A stretch of DNA of 63,818 bases, the filler included, from Octopus bimaculoides (taxonomy: Eukaryota), in the NCBI RefSeq assembly GCF_001194135.2. It is 5 parts of 5 records of this genome, joined end to end, with 100 filler letters (N's around TTAATTAATTAA, not from the genome) between each part and the next. Parts side by side here need not be neighbours in the genome. Positions count along the whole stretch, not along the records: positions 1 to 7,998 come from NC_069004.1; positions 8,099 to 21,169 come from NC_068988.1; 3 more parts are not named here. The stretch is one strand, 5' to 3'. The notes below the pieces were generated by a model. That model had not been told where the DNA came from. It worked only from the letters and a program-made list of their open reading frames with translations, and searched no databases. A program made the position numbers and the translations under genes. Below, in pieces: positions 1-10,664 of the stretch (the stretch's first letter is position 1; the number at the start of each line of letters is the position of its first letter).

Positions 1-216
1 TATATATATACATATAACAAATAGAAAATGGAATTCATGAGATTCTTTATTAATCACAACTATGGTTTTGATCCATTTTGTATCTCTAGTTATGGTGCAT
101 CCTTCAGTGTAGTGGTGTCTCATCGCGTGACTTTTCAAAAGGTACCTTGTTCAACAAACTCAGTATTACTTGGTTTGATTATATAACACGTTGCTATTTG
201 CCTTGAGCTTCTTTCA

Positions 217-340
217 GGCTTTGGTCAGCTGAAGGTTATAGTAGAAGACACTTGTCCAAGGTGACATGCAGTGTGACTGAACCCAATGCCACAAGGCTGG
301 GAAGCCAGCTTCTCAACCACACAGCCATTCCTGTGCCTGC
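217..340 (-). mobile_element. tRNA-derived SINE, working family A (head region)
   Basis: Reverse complement reads ggctgtgtggttgagaag...gggttcagtcacactgcatgtcaccttggacaagtgtcttctactata, the same head seen at 2965, 46908, 48195-48362 and 61580-61730. Confidence 0.75.
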
Positions 341-680
341 ACACATACTAAATATAAATATGAAATTTAAGGAGTTGAAATACTTCAATCAACAAAGATG
401 TTCCAAGCAATAAGTAGATACAGAAACTCCCTCTGGCATAGGGACTGGATATTAAATTTTAAATTAACATGCAAAAGAGATGATTTTCATAAGATCACAG
501 CCAAGTAAGCTTTTACAGAATCACTGGAAAATTCTACTCACACTTTTCGAGTAAAACTCATCACTGATTGGAGCACATGAGATAGATCCTCTATTCTTGA
601 AAGCAGGATGTACTCCTGATGCATCAAACCTGTTGAGAACAATGAATAAATAAACATATGTATGTGTATGTGTGTGTGTG

Positions 681-729
<49 letters not shown>

Positions 730-919
730 TATACGTAATTAAGGTAATCTCAGCTGCTCAAATATGTTCAAATATGGGTTTGAATATGCCTGAACTGGTA
801 ACAAGTTTGTAATATATATATCATATATAATTACCTATATCACATATATATATATATATATATATATATGATATATATGTTACAGGTAATTAGGGTAAAT
901 CTCAGCATTCCTCTTGAAG

Positions 920-1030
920 TTGTTGTTTGTTCCTTCTTGAGCCATGCCTGGTTCATAAGAGCCGGTTTCGCAGTTTTATTGGTGTATAGGTTCCCCACCT
1001 GGATGGGATGCTTATCCATCACAGACACTT
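920..1030 (-). mobile_element. SINE fragment with V-domain-like segment
   Basis: Similar to 45870-46022 in this window; minus strand contains atggataagcatcccatccagg, resembling the V-SINE domain motif from memory. Confidence 0.4.
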
Positions 1031-1080
1031 GCTAGAAACACTTATGAAATGCTCCAGACTGCTTGTGGATTAACTTGTAA

Positions 1081-1990
1081 GTGTTGAGCATTTGTTTTTC
1101 CTTGGCACAAGAGGTTCAAGGATGGTGTAGAGGAGGTGATGAGAAGTGTGGGAGGGAGAGGGATATCAGACCATCAGAAATGGTTGAGAAAATTTGTGAT
1201 TTTCTGGATAAAGACTGCTATGTGTTTATAAAGACAATAGCCATACAATTTGGAGTTGGTGTGGCAACTGTACACAGAATTAATCATGAGGATCTGAACA
1301 TGCATAAAATTTGTGCAAAGTTTGTTCCCAGAGTGCTCAGTGATGGATAGAAGGAAAAACGTATTGGTGACAGCAGGGAGATGGTTGAGCTTATTACCTC
1401 CAATCTAAGAGTATTTGAGTCACTGGTGACCTGTGATGAAAGCTGGATCTGCTATTATAATCCAGAGACCAAGAAACAGAGTGCCCAATGGAAGCGTCCT
1501 GGCTCTCCAAGACCCAAGAAAACCAGGCAAAGCAAGTCCATTGTAAAGCTCATTATGATCCCCTTTTTCAACTGCAAGAGCATCATACACATCTACTGGG
1601 TTCCCTCAGGTAAGACAGTCAGCAAAAATACTTTGAAGAAGTTTGGAGGATGTTCAGGAAAAGAGTTCATAGCAAAAGGCCAGAGCTCTTCTACTCGGGT
1701 CAGTAGAATCTGTACCAGGATAAAGCACCAGTCCACAATTCCATCCTGGTGCCAACTACTTGACAGAGACAGACATCAATACTGTCTCTCACCCACCCTA
1801 CAGGCCAGACCTTGCTCCCTGTAACTTGTGGTTACTCCCCAAGCTGAAGGAGACCCCCCAGAGGCAATCATTTTGAAGACATTGAAAAAATGACAGAGGT
1901 TGTGACAAGGATCCTGACCTCTTCACTTTGGAGCAGCACTTCCATGATGTCCTTCACAAAGTGGCTGAAGTGCTACAGCAAGTGCATTGA
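1081..1990 (+). pseudogene. Mariner transposase pseudogene (stops and frameshifts)
   Basis: HTH-like region ending CAKFVPRVLSD (WVPxxL-like); VTCDESWICYYNPETKKQSAQW (first catalytic D); LYQDKAPVH (second D) and HPPYRPDLAPCNLWLLPKLK (YSPDLAP motif, third D mutated) in shifted frames. Confidence 0.88.
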
Positions 1991-2108
1991 AGTCAGAAGA
2001 TCTTGCTATGAAGTAGATAAGGGCTTTGTACTTCTTTGAATTTAATTTGAATTAATAGATAGATGTCTCTCTCAAAAAAGTCTCAAATCTTCTGGAATGC
2101 ACCTTGTA
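1081..2108 (+). mobile_element. Decayed mariner-family DNA transposon, left end missing
   Basis: Transposase motifs listed in the next entry; right terminus ...ttctggaatgcaccttgta (2108) resembles a mariner TIR ending in TA. Confidence 0.85.
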
Positions 2109-2322
2109 CAATGCCTTGACTTTAGAAACCATTGCAAAGAGTTTGAATATGTCAAGATCAATCATTTGACTGGACATGACTGGCATTGTTTGAACTTGTT
2201 CTACTTGTTCTTCAAAATCTCTATGTATAACATGTACTTACATTCTCATATTTAAGTGCACAAATACTTATGCCTGCATACATAAAGAGTTAAAGATACA
2301 AACTTACTCAGAGAGATTTGAA

Positions 2323-2647
2323 TATGAGGGGGTGCTGAAAAGTTTCTGGTTTTGGGTAACAGAAAATACAGGAGGTTCAGTTAATTAGGATTTTATTCAA
2401 CATATTCCACTCTCAGATTCACAGCAGTTCATAGCAAAAGGTCAGAGCTCTTCCACTCGGGTCAGTGGAATCTGTACCAGGATAAAGGTGACAGAGGTTG
2501 TGACAAGGATCCTGACCTCTCCACTTATTGCAGCAGTCCTTCAGTTTTTCTCAGCCCAGTACAAGAACTCGGAAGGTTGAGCCTCCAGCCAGGCCTTTCA
2601 CGATACCCTTAAAGCCAGGAACTTTTCAGCACCCCTACCTACTTGTA
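2323..2647. mobile_element. Mariner-type MITE with internal 95-bp insert
   Basis: TIRs tatgagggggtgctgaaaagtttctggttt / aaagccaggaacttttcagcacccc..ttgta with TA ends; a related truncated copy lies at 44978-45089. Confidence 0.8.
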
Positions 2648-2964
2648 TATACGCCATGAAACGTGATTACATGGTTCTTTTCTTTATCTCTCTCTCGCCT
2701 CAAGAATACACTAATACTCACAAACACTGACTCGACCCTCGTACTTAAATATAGTTCATCAGTTTCGTGTAAGTTCACTAACCTCCTCACCATAACCCAT
2801 TCACTTCACCCAAATTTTCATATCAGTTTTGTTGACAAGAAATGTAAGTGGTTCAAAGGTTGTGTTGAACATGTGACACTTTCTCTGATCAGTAAGCTAG
2901 TTTTAGTTATTGTTATTGGGTGGTCATTGAATGGTTCTACATGTCTGTATATGAATTTTGGGTT

Positions 2965-3137
2965 GTTGATGTGGCTGTGTGGTAAGAAGTTTGCTTCCCG
3001 ACCACATGGTTCCAGGTTCAGTGTCACTGGGTAGCACCTTTGACAAGTGAGTGTCTTCTGCTATAACCTTGGCCTGGGTTGACCAAAGGCTTATGGGTGA
3101 ATAATTTGGTAAATGGAAATTAAAAGAAGCCCAACGT
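2965..3137 (+). mobile_element. SINE family A
   Basis: ggctgtgtggtaagaagtttgcttccc head through ggaaattaaaagaagccc, followed by TA/TG microsatellite. Confidence 0.8.
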
Positions 3138-3142
3138 GTGTG

Positions 3143-3185
<43 letters not shown>

Positions 3186-3687
3186 NNNNNNNNNNNNNNN
3201 NNNNNNNNNNNNNNNNNNNNNNNNNNNNNNNNNNNNNNNNNNNNNNNNNNNNNNNNNNNNNNNNNNNNNNNNNNNNNNNNNNNNNNNNNNNNNNNNNNNN
3301 NNNNNNNNNNNNNNNNNNNNNNNNNNNNNNNNNNNNNNNNNNNNNNNNNNNNNNNNNNNNNNNNNNNNNNNNNNNNNNNNNNNNNNNNNNNNNTATATAT
3401 ATAAATGAAACATTCAAACACAGATTTGAAGTTAGATGTCACTACTGTTCATATCATCTGTGGATAAATTCTAAATTTGATGATATCACCAGTAGTGGCA
3501 TGGGTGAAACGCAGTTATAATAGCTTTAAACGTGCAAATTTATATATATATATATATATATTTATAACACACACACACATACACACATATATATATAGTC
3601 ACATCTGCACCTATATATACACACACACACACATACATACACACATGCACACACACACACACTAACACACATATAATCATCATAATT

Positions 3688-3800
3688 TAATGTCACTTTT
3701 TCTATGTTGGCATGGGTTGGAAGGTTCAACAGGAATAGACAAACCAAATGGTGGTGCCAGGTTCTACTATTTGCTTTGGCATGGGTTCTGCAGCTGGATG
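3688..3800 (-). mobile_element. 3' fragment of (GAT)n-tailed SINE, working family F
   Basis: tttaatgtcactttttctatgttggcatgggttgga matches the 3' end of the copy at 61985-62385. Confidence 0.5.
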
Positions 3801-3842
3801 CTCCCCCACCCAACATCAATACTGGGTCATCAATGAGTAATA

Positions 3843-4265
3843 AGCACATGTATGGCTGTGTGGTTAAGAAGTTTGTGTCCCAACCATAACTTTGTCGAGT
3901 GTCTTTTGTTGCAGCGTCAGACAAGTCAAAGCCCCTGTGAAAAGATTTGGGAGTTGGAAACTGAAAGAAGCCCATTGTGTATGTTTGTGTGTGTGTGTGT
4001 GTGTGTATGTGTGTCTTTGTCTTGGCATTGGATGCTAATTGTAAACAAACTTCCTATTGTAAAACGGGTGCCATTTGCTTACAATCTCTCATGAAAACAT
4101 ATCCAGCCATTGTGCTGTTCAAAGGACAAGGAGAAATATTAGCTTCCTTGGAAACAAAGTGAGGGTCGGTGGCAGAAAGAGCATGTGGTCATAGAAAACC
4201 TGCCTGAATGAATTTGGTCCAACCCATTAAAACTCAAAATATTGCATATTAAAACAATGATGACT
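3843..4265 (+). mobile_element. Composite SINE: family A head, (TG)n hinge, F-type 3' end
   Basis: A head at 3843-3975, (TG)n at about 3976-4015, body ending gtccaacccat...attaaaacaatgatga like the family F tail. Confidence 0.55.
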
Positions 4266-4280
4266 GAACAACTACAGAAT

Positions 4281-5102
4281 TGGTTTCAAATTTTGGCACG
4301 AGGCCAGCAATACCAGGGGAGGTGGTAAGTCAATTACATTGACCCCAGTACGCAGCTGGTACTCAGAATGTAAAGATGAATGAAATGCTGCTAAGCATTT
4401 TGCCTGGCATGCTAATGATTCTGCCAGCTCACTTCTATTTCTTGCTACCAGTTCTTAAGTATTGGTTTCAGAATTTGGCTAAAGGCCAGTAATATCAATT
4501 GGGTGGGGGAGAGTTGATTACATTGACCCCAGTACTCAGCTGATACTTATTTTATCGACCCGAAAGGATGAAAGGCAAAGTCAGCTTCAACAGAATTTGA
4601 ACTCAGAACATAAGGACAGACAAAAGGCCAGTAAGCATTTTGCCCAGCGTGCTCACAATTCTTTTCTACTCTAGGCACAAGGCCAGAAATTTTGGGGGAG
4701 GGGGCCAGTCGATTAGATTGACTCCCAGTGTTTCACTGGTACTTAATTTATTGACCCTGAAAAGATGAAAGGCAAAGTCGACCTCGGTGGAATTTGAACT
4801 CAGAATGTAAAGACAGACGAAATACTGCTAAGCATTTCGCCCGGTGTGCTAACGATCCTGCCAGCTCACTGCCTTTGTTTACTACCAGTTCTTAAATATC
4901 GGTTTCAAATTTTGGCACAAGGCCAGCAATATCAGGTGAGTGGGTAAGTCAATTACATTGACCTCAGTACTCTGCTTGACCTTATTTTATTGACCCTGAA
5001 AGGATGAAAGGCAAAGTTGACCTCAGCGGAATTTGAACACAGAATGAAATGTTGCTAAGCATTTTGCTTGGTGTGCAAACGGTTCTGTCAGATCACTACC
5101 TT
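4281..5102 (-). mobile_element. Four tandem copies of tRNA-derived SINE, working family B
   Basis: Repeated gaccccgaaaggatgaaaggcaaagtcgacctcggtggaatttgaactcagaa and ctgccagctc motifs; B-box-like gagttcaaatt on the minus strand. Confidence 0.8.
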
Positions 5103-5141
5103 ACACAGAACAATTACATAATAATAGTCAATCCTTACTGC

Positions 5142-5690
5142 AGTGAGGTGGCAGAATTGTTAGCACACCAAAGTGCTTAATGGCATTTCTTCCAACTCTT
5201 TACATTCTGGGTTCAAATGCTGCTGAAGTTTCATCATTTAAGGCAGTTGTTCTCAACCACGGTCGATATAGCCCCTCAGAGTCCATATAAAATTTTTAGG
5301 GGTCCGCATAACAAAATATTAAATTGAAGACCCATAATAGAATTTTAAGATTCCCTGAAAAAATTTTGCTTCAGATGTATGTATTGGTATGTATTGCAAG
5401 ACGCAGCTAGGTTTCTTTCTCTAACATTTTACACAATTCAACCTACACAAGTTAATGTGTAAAAAACTAAATAAGAATTTTCAAAGAAGTTTCTATAAAA
5501 CTAGTTTTTAAAAATTGAATGGCTACGAGGATCCATCAGAATAAAATAATAATCAAAGGGGTCCATAGATAAAAAAAATGGTTGAGAACCCCTAGTTTAG
5601 GAGTTTATACAATAAGCACCTGTTGAGCACTAGAGTTGATGTAATCAGCTTCCTTCCTCTTCAAAAATTGCTGGCCTTGGGTCAAAATTA
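5142..5690 (+). mobile_element. SINE family B copy interrupted by a hAT MITE
   Basis: Head gcagtgaggtggcagaattgttagcac to ttcatcatttaagg before 5244; body resumes after 5594 (aataagcacc...aaaattgctggcctt). Confidence 0.6.
5244..5594. mobile_element. hAT-type MITE
   Basis: TIRs cagttgttctcaacc / ggttgagaaccccta; flanking 8-mers atttaagg / gtttagga match at 5 of 8 (degenerate TSD). Confidence 0.65.
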
Positions 5691-5950
5691 ATAAAAAGAT
5701 TATCAATGTTTGGTATTTACTAAACACTATGTATATGTTCTATGTTTCCCTGGTGTGTCACCCCTTACATTTTCACCTTAATAATGTTCTGTCTATGTGT
5801 CACCTTGAAGCTCCTGAAAAACAACAACAACCATCCCTAATGTTTTGTTTGATTGCAATATAATCATAATAATCTCTACTTGAACTTTCATAGTTTGAGA
5901 TTACAGATAAGCTCCACTCAACACCACCACCACCACCACTTCTACCATGT

Positions 5951-5983
<33 letters not shown>

Positions 5984-6905
5984 CATCACCACCACCACTA
6001 CTACTACTACTACTTTTTGTGATAGAGTATGATTTCAGGGAGATTTGGGTAAAGTTTCTAGCTCAGAACCCTCCACTCCATCCCGCTGCTGGTTAGTGGT
6101 GGTATTGTGTTGCATTACGCGGTGCAGTGTGGTAGCATGATGCAACACTACACATCCAAATGAGAATTTAAAATTTGCTTTTACAAACTGATGTAACACT
6201 CATCAGTATCACAGTTCTTCCACTGCTTGCAGTGATGAGGTGGACATGATCCCTGTTGTGGAACGTATTGACAGCTAGTGTAGTGTAAGGCTCAAATAAA
6301 GGTTGCTCTTTCCTCAAGACGCAAATGGCAATGGTCCCTTCAAGCACCAGGTCACTGGAACCAGCTAAGCTTAACAGTAGTATCCACATGTACCCCAACT
6401 ACCACTCTATGATCGTTCTCAAACTCATGTCCCTCGCTCACAACGCACTCATGAAGAAGAGGCTGTTTTTGAACCTGCTGTTTCCTAAAGTGACATCACT
6501 TCCCCTTACTTCTGGTCCCTCATCCTTCCTGCCCACTTTCTTCACATTGAGAGCTGGAGAGGAAACATCAGATAGTAGGGAGGTGTCAGTCAATTGGCCT
6601 GCACTGATTTGAGTGGAGGAAGACTGGAAGGGGCTAGTGATAATCATGATGCACTATTGGGGAAGAGTGTACCTCTCAAAGGTCAACTTTGGACTAGGGC
6701 AAATAGCAATATGGAGAAAGATCAGGTCAGAGACTGCAGCCAAAATTACAGAAATGCTGAATATTGTGGGTTGCATAAGCAGCTGCACATACTCTGTGCA
6801 ACAGAAACATGTGTTGGTCATTTTAACTAACTAATTATACTGTATAACTAAATATTGAATTGGAAGAAATATTTGAAGATGTACCAGTCTCCATATTTTT
6901 CTTTG

Positions 6906-6989
6906 TGCAAGTGGCTGAGCATTCCACAGACACATGTACCCTTAACATAGTTCTCGGGGAGATTCAACATGACAGAGAGTGTGACAAGG
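6906..6989 (-). mobile_element. Fragment of long tRNA-SINE, working family D
   Basis: gcaagtggctgagcattccacagacacatgtacccttaacatagttctcgggga is the reverse complement of part of 51044-51420. Confidence 0.75.
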
Positions 6990-7505
6990 GCAAAATATAC
7001 AAAGCCCAGTATACCCATCATGACTACCCGTCTGATAAGGCTACACCAGGCACATGCATCACAACCATATGTGCACAACATAGTGGTCTCATATCAGATA
7101 AACAGCGCATGACCTTGCAGGTGGGGCCCAGTTAGAATTTTCTTCAGGTCGAGTAGCCCATCCCACTCAAAAGGTCCTTGAATAAAAGTTGTTTGAGGAT
7201 GTCGAATGAAACACCCATGTTTCCAAAGGTGAATTATCCAAATCCCAAAGAATTTCTCTCAACACATGACTATGATGCTCCCCCACTACTCCTGCTCGTG
7301 ATCAGAGATGCACATATCGTCAGCCACTAAGGGACATGCTCAACTGGTTAAGATCAAGCAACTGACAAGCAAATCTGTGGTATTGAGCAGAATATTTGGT
7401 GTAGCCCATCTTTTATACCAAGACAAAACAATATACATGATAGCACCTCCAATCAGTTAAGATAAGAAGCCATGAGAACCACTGTCTGGTACTGGATCAG
7501 GGCAT
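6988..7505. mobile_element. About 550-bp interspersed repeat, working family E, adjacent to (TAA)n
   Basis: Colinear with 37995-38544 over about 500 bp (e.g. catcatgactacccgtctgataagg, gcacatgcatcacaaccat); no coding motif recognised. Confidence 0.75.
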
Positions 7506-7597
7506 TTATTATCATTATCATTATTATTATCATTATTATTATTGTTGTTGTTATTATTATCATCATTATTGTTGTTGTTGTTATTATTATTATTATT

Positions 7598-7845
7598 TAG
7601 TAGTTTTATTTTTTTAACGTGCTTTCACTTCACTACCGAGCGCAGCTCTGTGTGCCTTGGGTATGTGCTGGGGTTTGCTGTGATGCTCTTATGGTTACTG
7701 TATTGAAAGTGTTTTGCGTAGGATGTGTGCAGTGCCCAGTAGTGCAATTTTCTGTATGTTATATATATTTGTAAGTCCTGGTGTTTTTGTTATGTATTTG
7801 TCTGAATATTATTTTATTATACCTAAGGTGCCTATGGTAGGAATT
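7598..7845 (-). mobile_element. 3' end of R4/Dong-clade non-LTR retrotransposon
   Basis: Minus strand translates IPTIGTLGIIK*YSDKYITKTPGLTNIYNIQKIALLGTAHILRKTLSIQ*, typical of the C-terminus after the REL domain in R4/Dong/Rex6; (TAA)n tracts on both sides. Confidence 0.75.
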
Positions 7846-7852
7846 ATTATTA

Positions 7853-7904
<52 letters not shown>

Positions 7905-7998
7905 ATTTATCCTACATCATATCAGCACAGCTCAGTACACTGCCATAAAACTGTTGTTGCAAGTTAGTATCATTAGGCTGTAGCCGGCATAATAAAAT

Positions 7999-8098
7999 NN
8001 NNNNNNNNNNNNNNNNNNNNNNNNNNNNNNNNNNNNNNNNNNTTAATTAATTAANNNNNNNNNNNNNNNNNNNNNNNNNNNNNNNNNNNNNNNNNNNN
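7999..8098. other. Artificial scaffold-join spacer (44 N + TTAATTAATTAA + 44 N)
   Basis: Identical layout at four places; the 12-mer gives stops in all six frames. Confidence 0.9.
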
Positions 8099-8126
8099 TA
8101 TATATATATATATATATACACATATA

Positions 8127-8160
<34 letters not shown>

Positions 8161-9774
8161 AGTTTTGTTTGTGATGTTATAGATATTTGTATGAATGTAA
8201 AATGGCATTCGTTAAGTAGGCTGCAAGTTAACTACTTTTGTCATCCCCCCCATATGCCGTTGAGATCCATACATTATACAGAAGAAGTTAAGCTCACATG
8301 CATCATGAGAATAGGTGAACAGTCACTGAAACTGTGTATGGAAAGGAAAGAGTGCATATGTATGTAATCCTTGATGAAGCGGTTGCTATGCTCTTGAGTA
8401 AATGCAGCCACCAATGTTTATCTCTTCATCTTAACAATGTACCAACTTACTTACATCATGCATACATGTCTACATACAGACATTACATGCTTCACATAGA
8501 TGCATACATACGCTGCCTTGTCTAAGTTTGTTGGAGCCATGTTTAAGTGTTGTCGTTAGTGGACTTTTCCTGTTTGTCCAAAATAGTTAATTATAAATGC
8601 ATAATGATACTTTAATGATATCAAATAAATGATCTAATGGCACAACTGTGAGAGTTCAATATTCTTAATTCGAAGAAAGAAAATTGCTTGACCAATGCAG
8701 GAAGTAGTGCTAATCTTTGCTGGCCTTTCAGTCTGATTATTATATAATTGCTGGGGATTTAAGTATGGCACTTTCAAACAGAGTAGTGGAGTTAAATGAT
8801 AAAGATTCCAAAAATTTAATCCATTTTCATAGAGATGACCAATGTAAAACATGATTCTGGGTGGGTGAAGTATATAATATGAGTGGAAAGATTTGATTTA
8901 GAATGACTAAGTTTGGGAGCTATCTCTGGTGTTTGTTTATGCATTTGCAATGGAAATTAGATTGTAAGTAGAGTTTTATTTGTTAGTCAGCAGTACTTTA
9001 ACAAAAGTAGCTACAGCTGGTTAGTTTGCTAGGCTACTGTCCAAAAACATGGATTGACCGTATTGTTTCCAAATCTTTGCCCAGCAAAAAATTGCTTGCG
9101 AAAGAAACATAATATACCTTAAACAAGGCATAGGCACTGCTTTTTGAGAGGTGGGCTGCATGAGACATAGCTTGTTATATAGTGGGCTGTAATACTAAAA
9201 AAGGTAATTTTTGTTAGGGCTGCCATTTACAAAGTCCTGTAGACTGCAGGTTGCTTATCACTGCCTTAAATGCCCTGAACCTAACCTTTTTTTTTATTTG
9301 GAATTTTGTTTTAGTTAGGAGCGAAGGCAGTGCCAGTAACTCTTCACAGGGTCTCCAAAACTGATTGGAAGGAGGTGGGTTATACTCAAACTGAAGATCT
9401 GATTTAAATGCTTGCAAGAGAGTGGGGTTCAAATAAAGACACCCGAAGTAGCAGGTGCTGATGCAGTACTAAATGACAGATTATGCTAAGTCTGTCCATG
9501 GTTATTTTAGTATGCAATGGAAAGAGATTTGAACTCATAATGCAAAGAGACAGAACAAGTACTGCAAGGTAGCTGGTCTTTGGATGGGCATTTCATTTTA
9601 TTGACCGCAAAAAAAAACAAAAAAACCAAATGCTAAGTTTGCCTCAGTGGCATTTATACTTGGAGCATACAAGTTGGAACACATAATGGTAAATCCCTTA
9701 AGTCTTTTTCTTTTCCTAGTCTTACAAAAAATGAAATCCATTTAAAAAATAGGTAACATGATATATATATATAC

Positions 9775-10030
9775 TGGACCCATCTTCTGATTGGAAATCG
9801 CTTCAATATACCACGACGTCTAAAAAACTTTTGAACTTTTGAACTTTTCCACTTTTGTAAACCTACTTTATCATCTTTTTTCTCCGTGTTTTTCTCCTTG
9901 TCTCCGTATTCTTTCTGTTGAAGAGCGTAGCTCGAAACATCAAAGACTTTCCGTATTCCCGAGCGTCATACTAATACATCCTTTTGTTATTTACACCACC
10001 TGTCCTCGTCTGTTGTTGTTTTTTCATATA
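9775..10030 (+). mobile_element. Penelope-like LTR (pLTR) fragment
   Basis: Near-identical to 54372-54535 and related to 26925-27075; contains a minimal hammerhead fold typical of Penelope-like elements. Confidence 0.6.
9910..9946 (+). ncRNA. Minimal type I hammerhead ribozyme-like motif, variant core, damaged stem III
   Basis: UCUUU-CUGUUGA-A-GAGC(GUA)GCUC-GAAA-CAUC-AAAGA; ACGU palindrome changed to ACAU. Confidence 0.5.
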
Positions 10031-10229
10031 TTCTCCCATATATATATATATATATAGNNNNNNNNNNNNNNNNNNNNNNNNNNNNNNNNNNNNNNNNNNN
10101 NNNNNNNNNNNNNNNNNNNNNNNNNNNNNNNNNNNNNNNNNNNNNNNNNNNNNNNNNNNNNNNNNNNNNNNNNNNNNNNNNNNNNNNNNNNNNNNNNNNN
10201 NNNNNNNNNNNNNNNNNNNNNNNNNNNNN

Positions 10230-10571
10230 CTAGTCTTACAAAAAATGAAATCCATTTAAAAAATAGGTAACATGATATATATATATACTGGACCCATCTT
10301 CTGATTGGAAATCGCTTCAATATACCACGACGTCTAAAAAACTTTTGAACTTTTGAACTTTTCCACTTTTGTAAACCTACTTTATCATCTTTTTTCTCCG
10401 TGTTTTTCTCCTTGTCTCCGTATTCTTTCTGTTGAAGAGCGTAGCTCGAAACATCAAAGACTTTCCGTATTCCCGAGCGTCATACTAATACATCCTTTTG
10501 TTATTTACACCACCTGTCCTCGTCTGTTGTTGTTTTTTCATATATTCTCCCATATATATATATATATATAG
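10230..10571 (+). other. Exact 342-bp duplicate of 9716-10057 across an N-gap, probable assembly artefact
   Basis: Identical by eye on both sides of gap 10058-10229; ORFs 9839..10057 and 10353..10571 are identical. Confidence 0.8.
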
Positions 10572-10664
10572 CAATAAGAAAAGAGAGGGGAATATGTGGT
10601 ACTCATCAACTTGCAGACATTGTATTATGTCAATTATGTATATATCTATGCCTGTATGTGTCTT

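Noticed and set aside
3091-3520. Long ORFs containing X runs and YIYI/THTH/VCVC repeats (also 22257-22904, 25306-25764, 33736-36759, 55299-59018)
   Set aside because: They are translations of N-gaps and dinucleotide microsatellites, not proteins
8043-8054. TTAATTAATTAA as piggyBac target sites or homeodomain sites
   Set aside because: Always centred in exactly 100-bp N spacers, so it is an assembly linker
8334-8525. ORF with VILDEA (Walker B-like)
   Set aside because: Isolated short motif, no Walker A or splice context, and it runs into a degenerate microsatellite
9716-10571. 342-bp direct repeat as a biological tandem duplication
   Set aside because: Identical copies abut an N-gap, the pattern of an unmerged contig overlap; the hammerhead at 10424-10460 was therefore not counted as an independent copy
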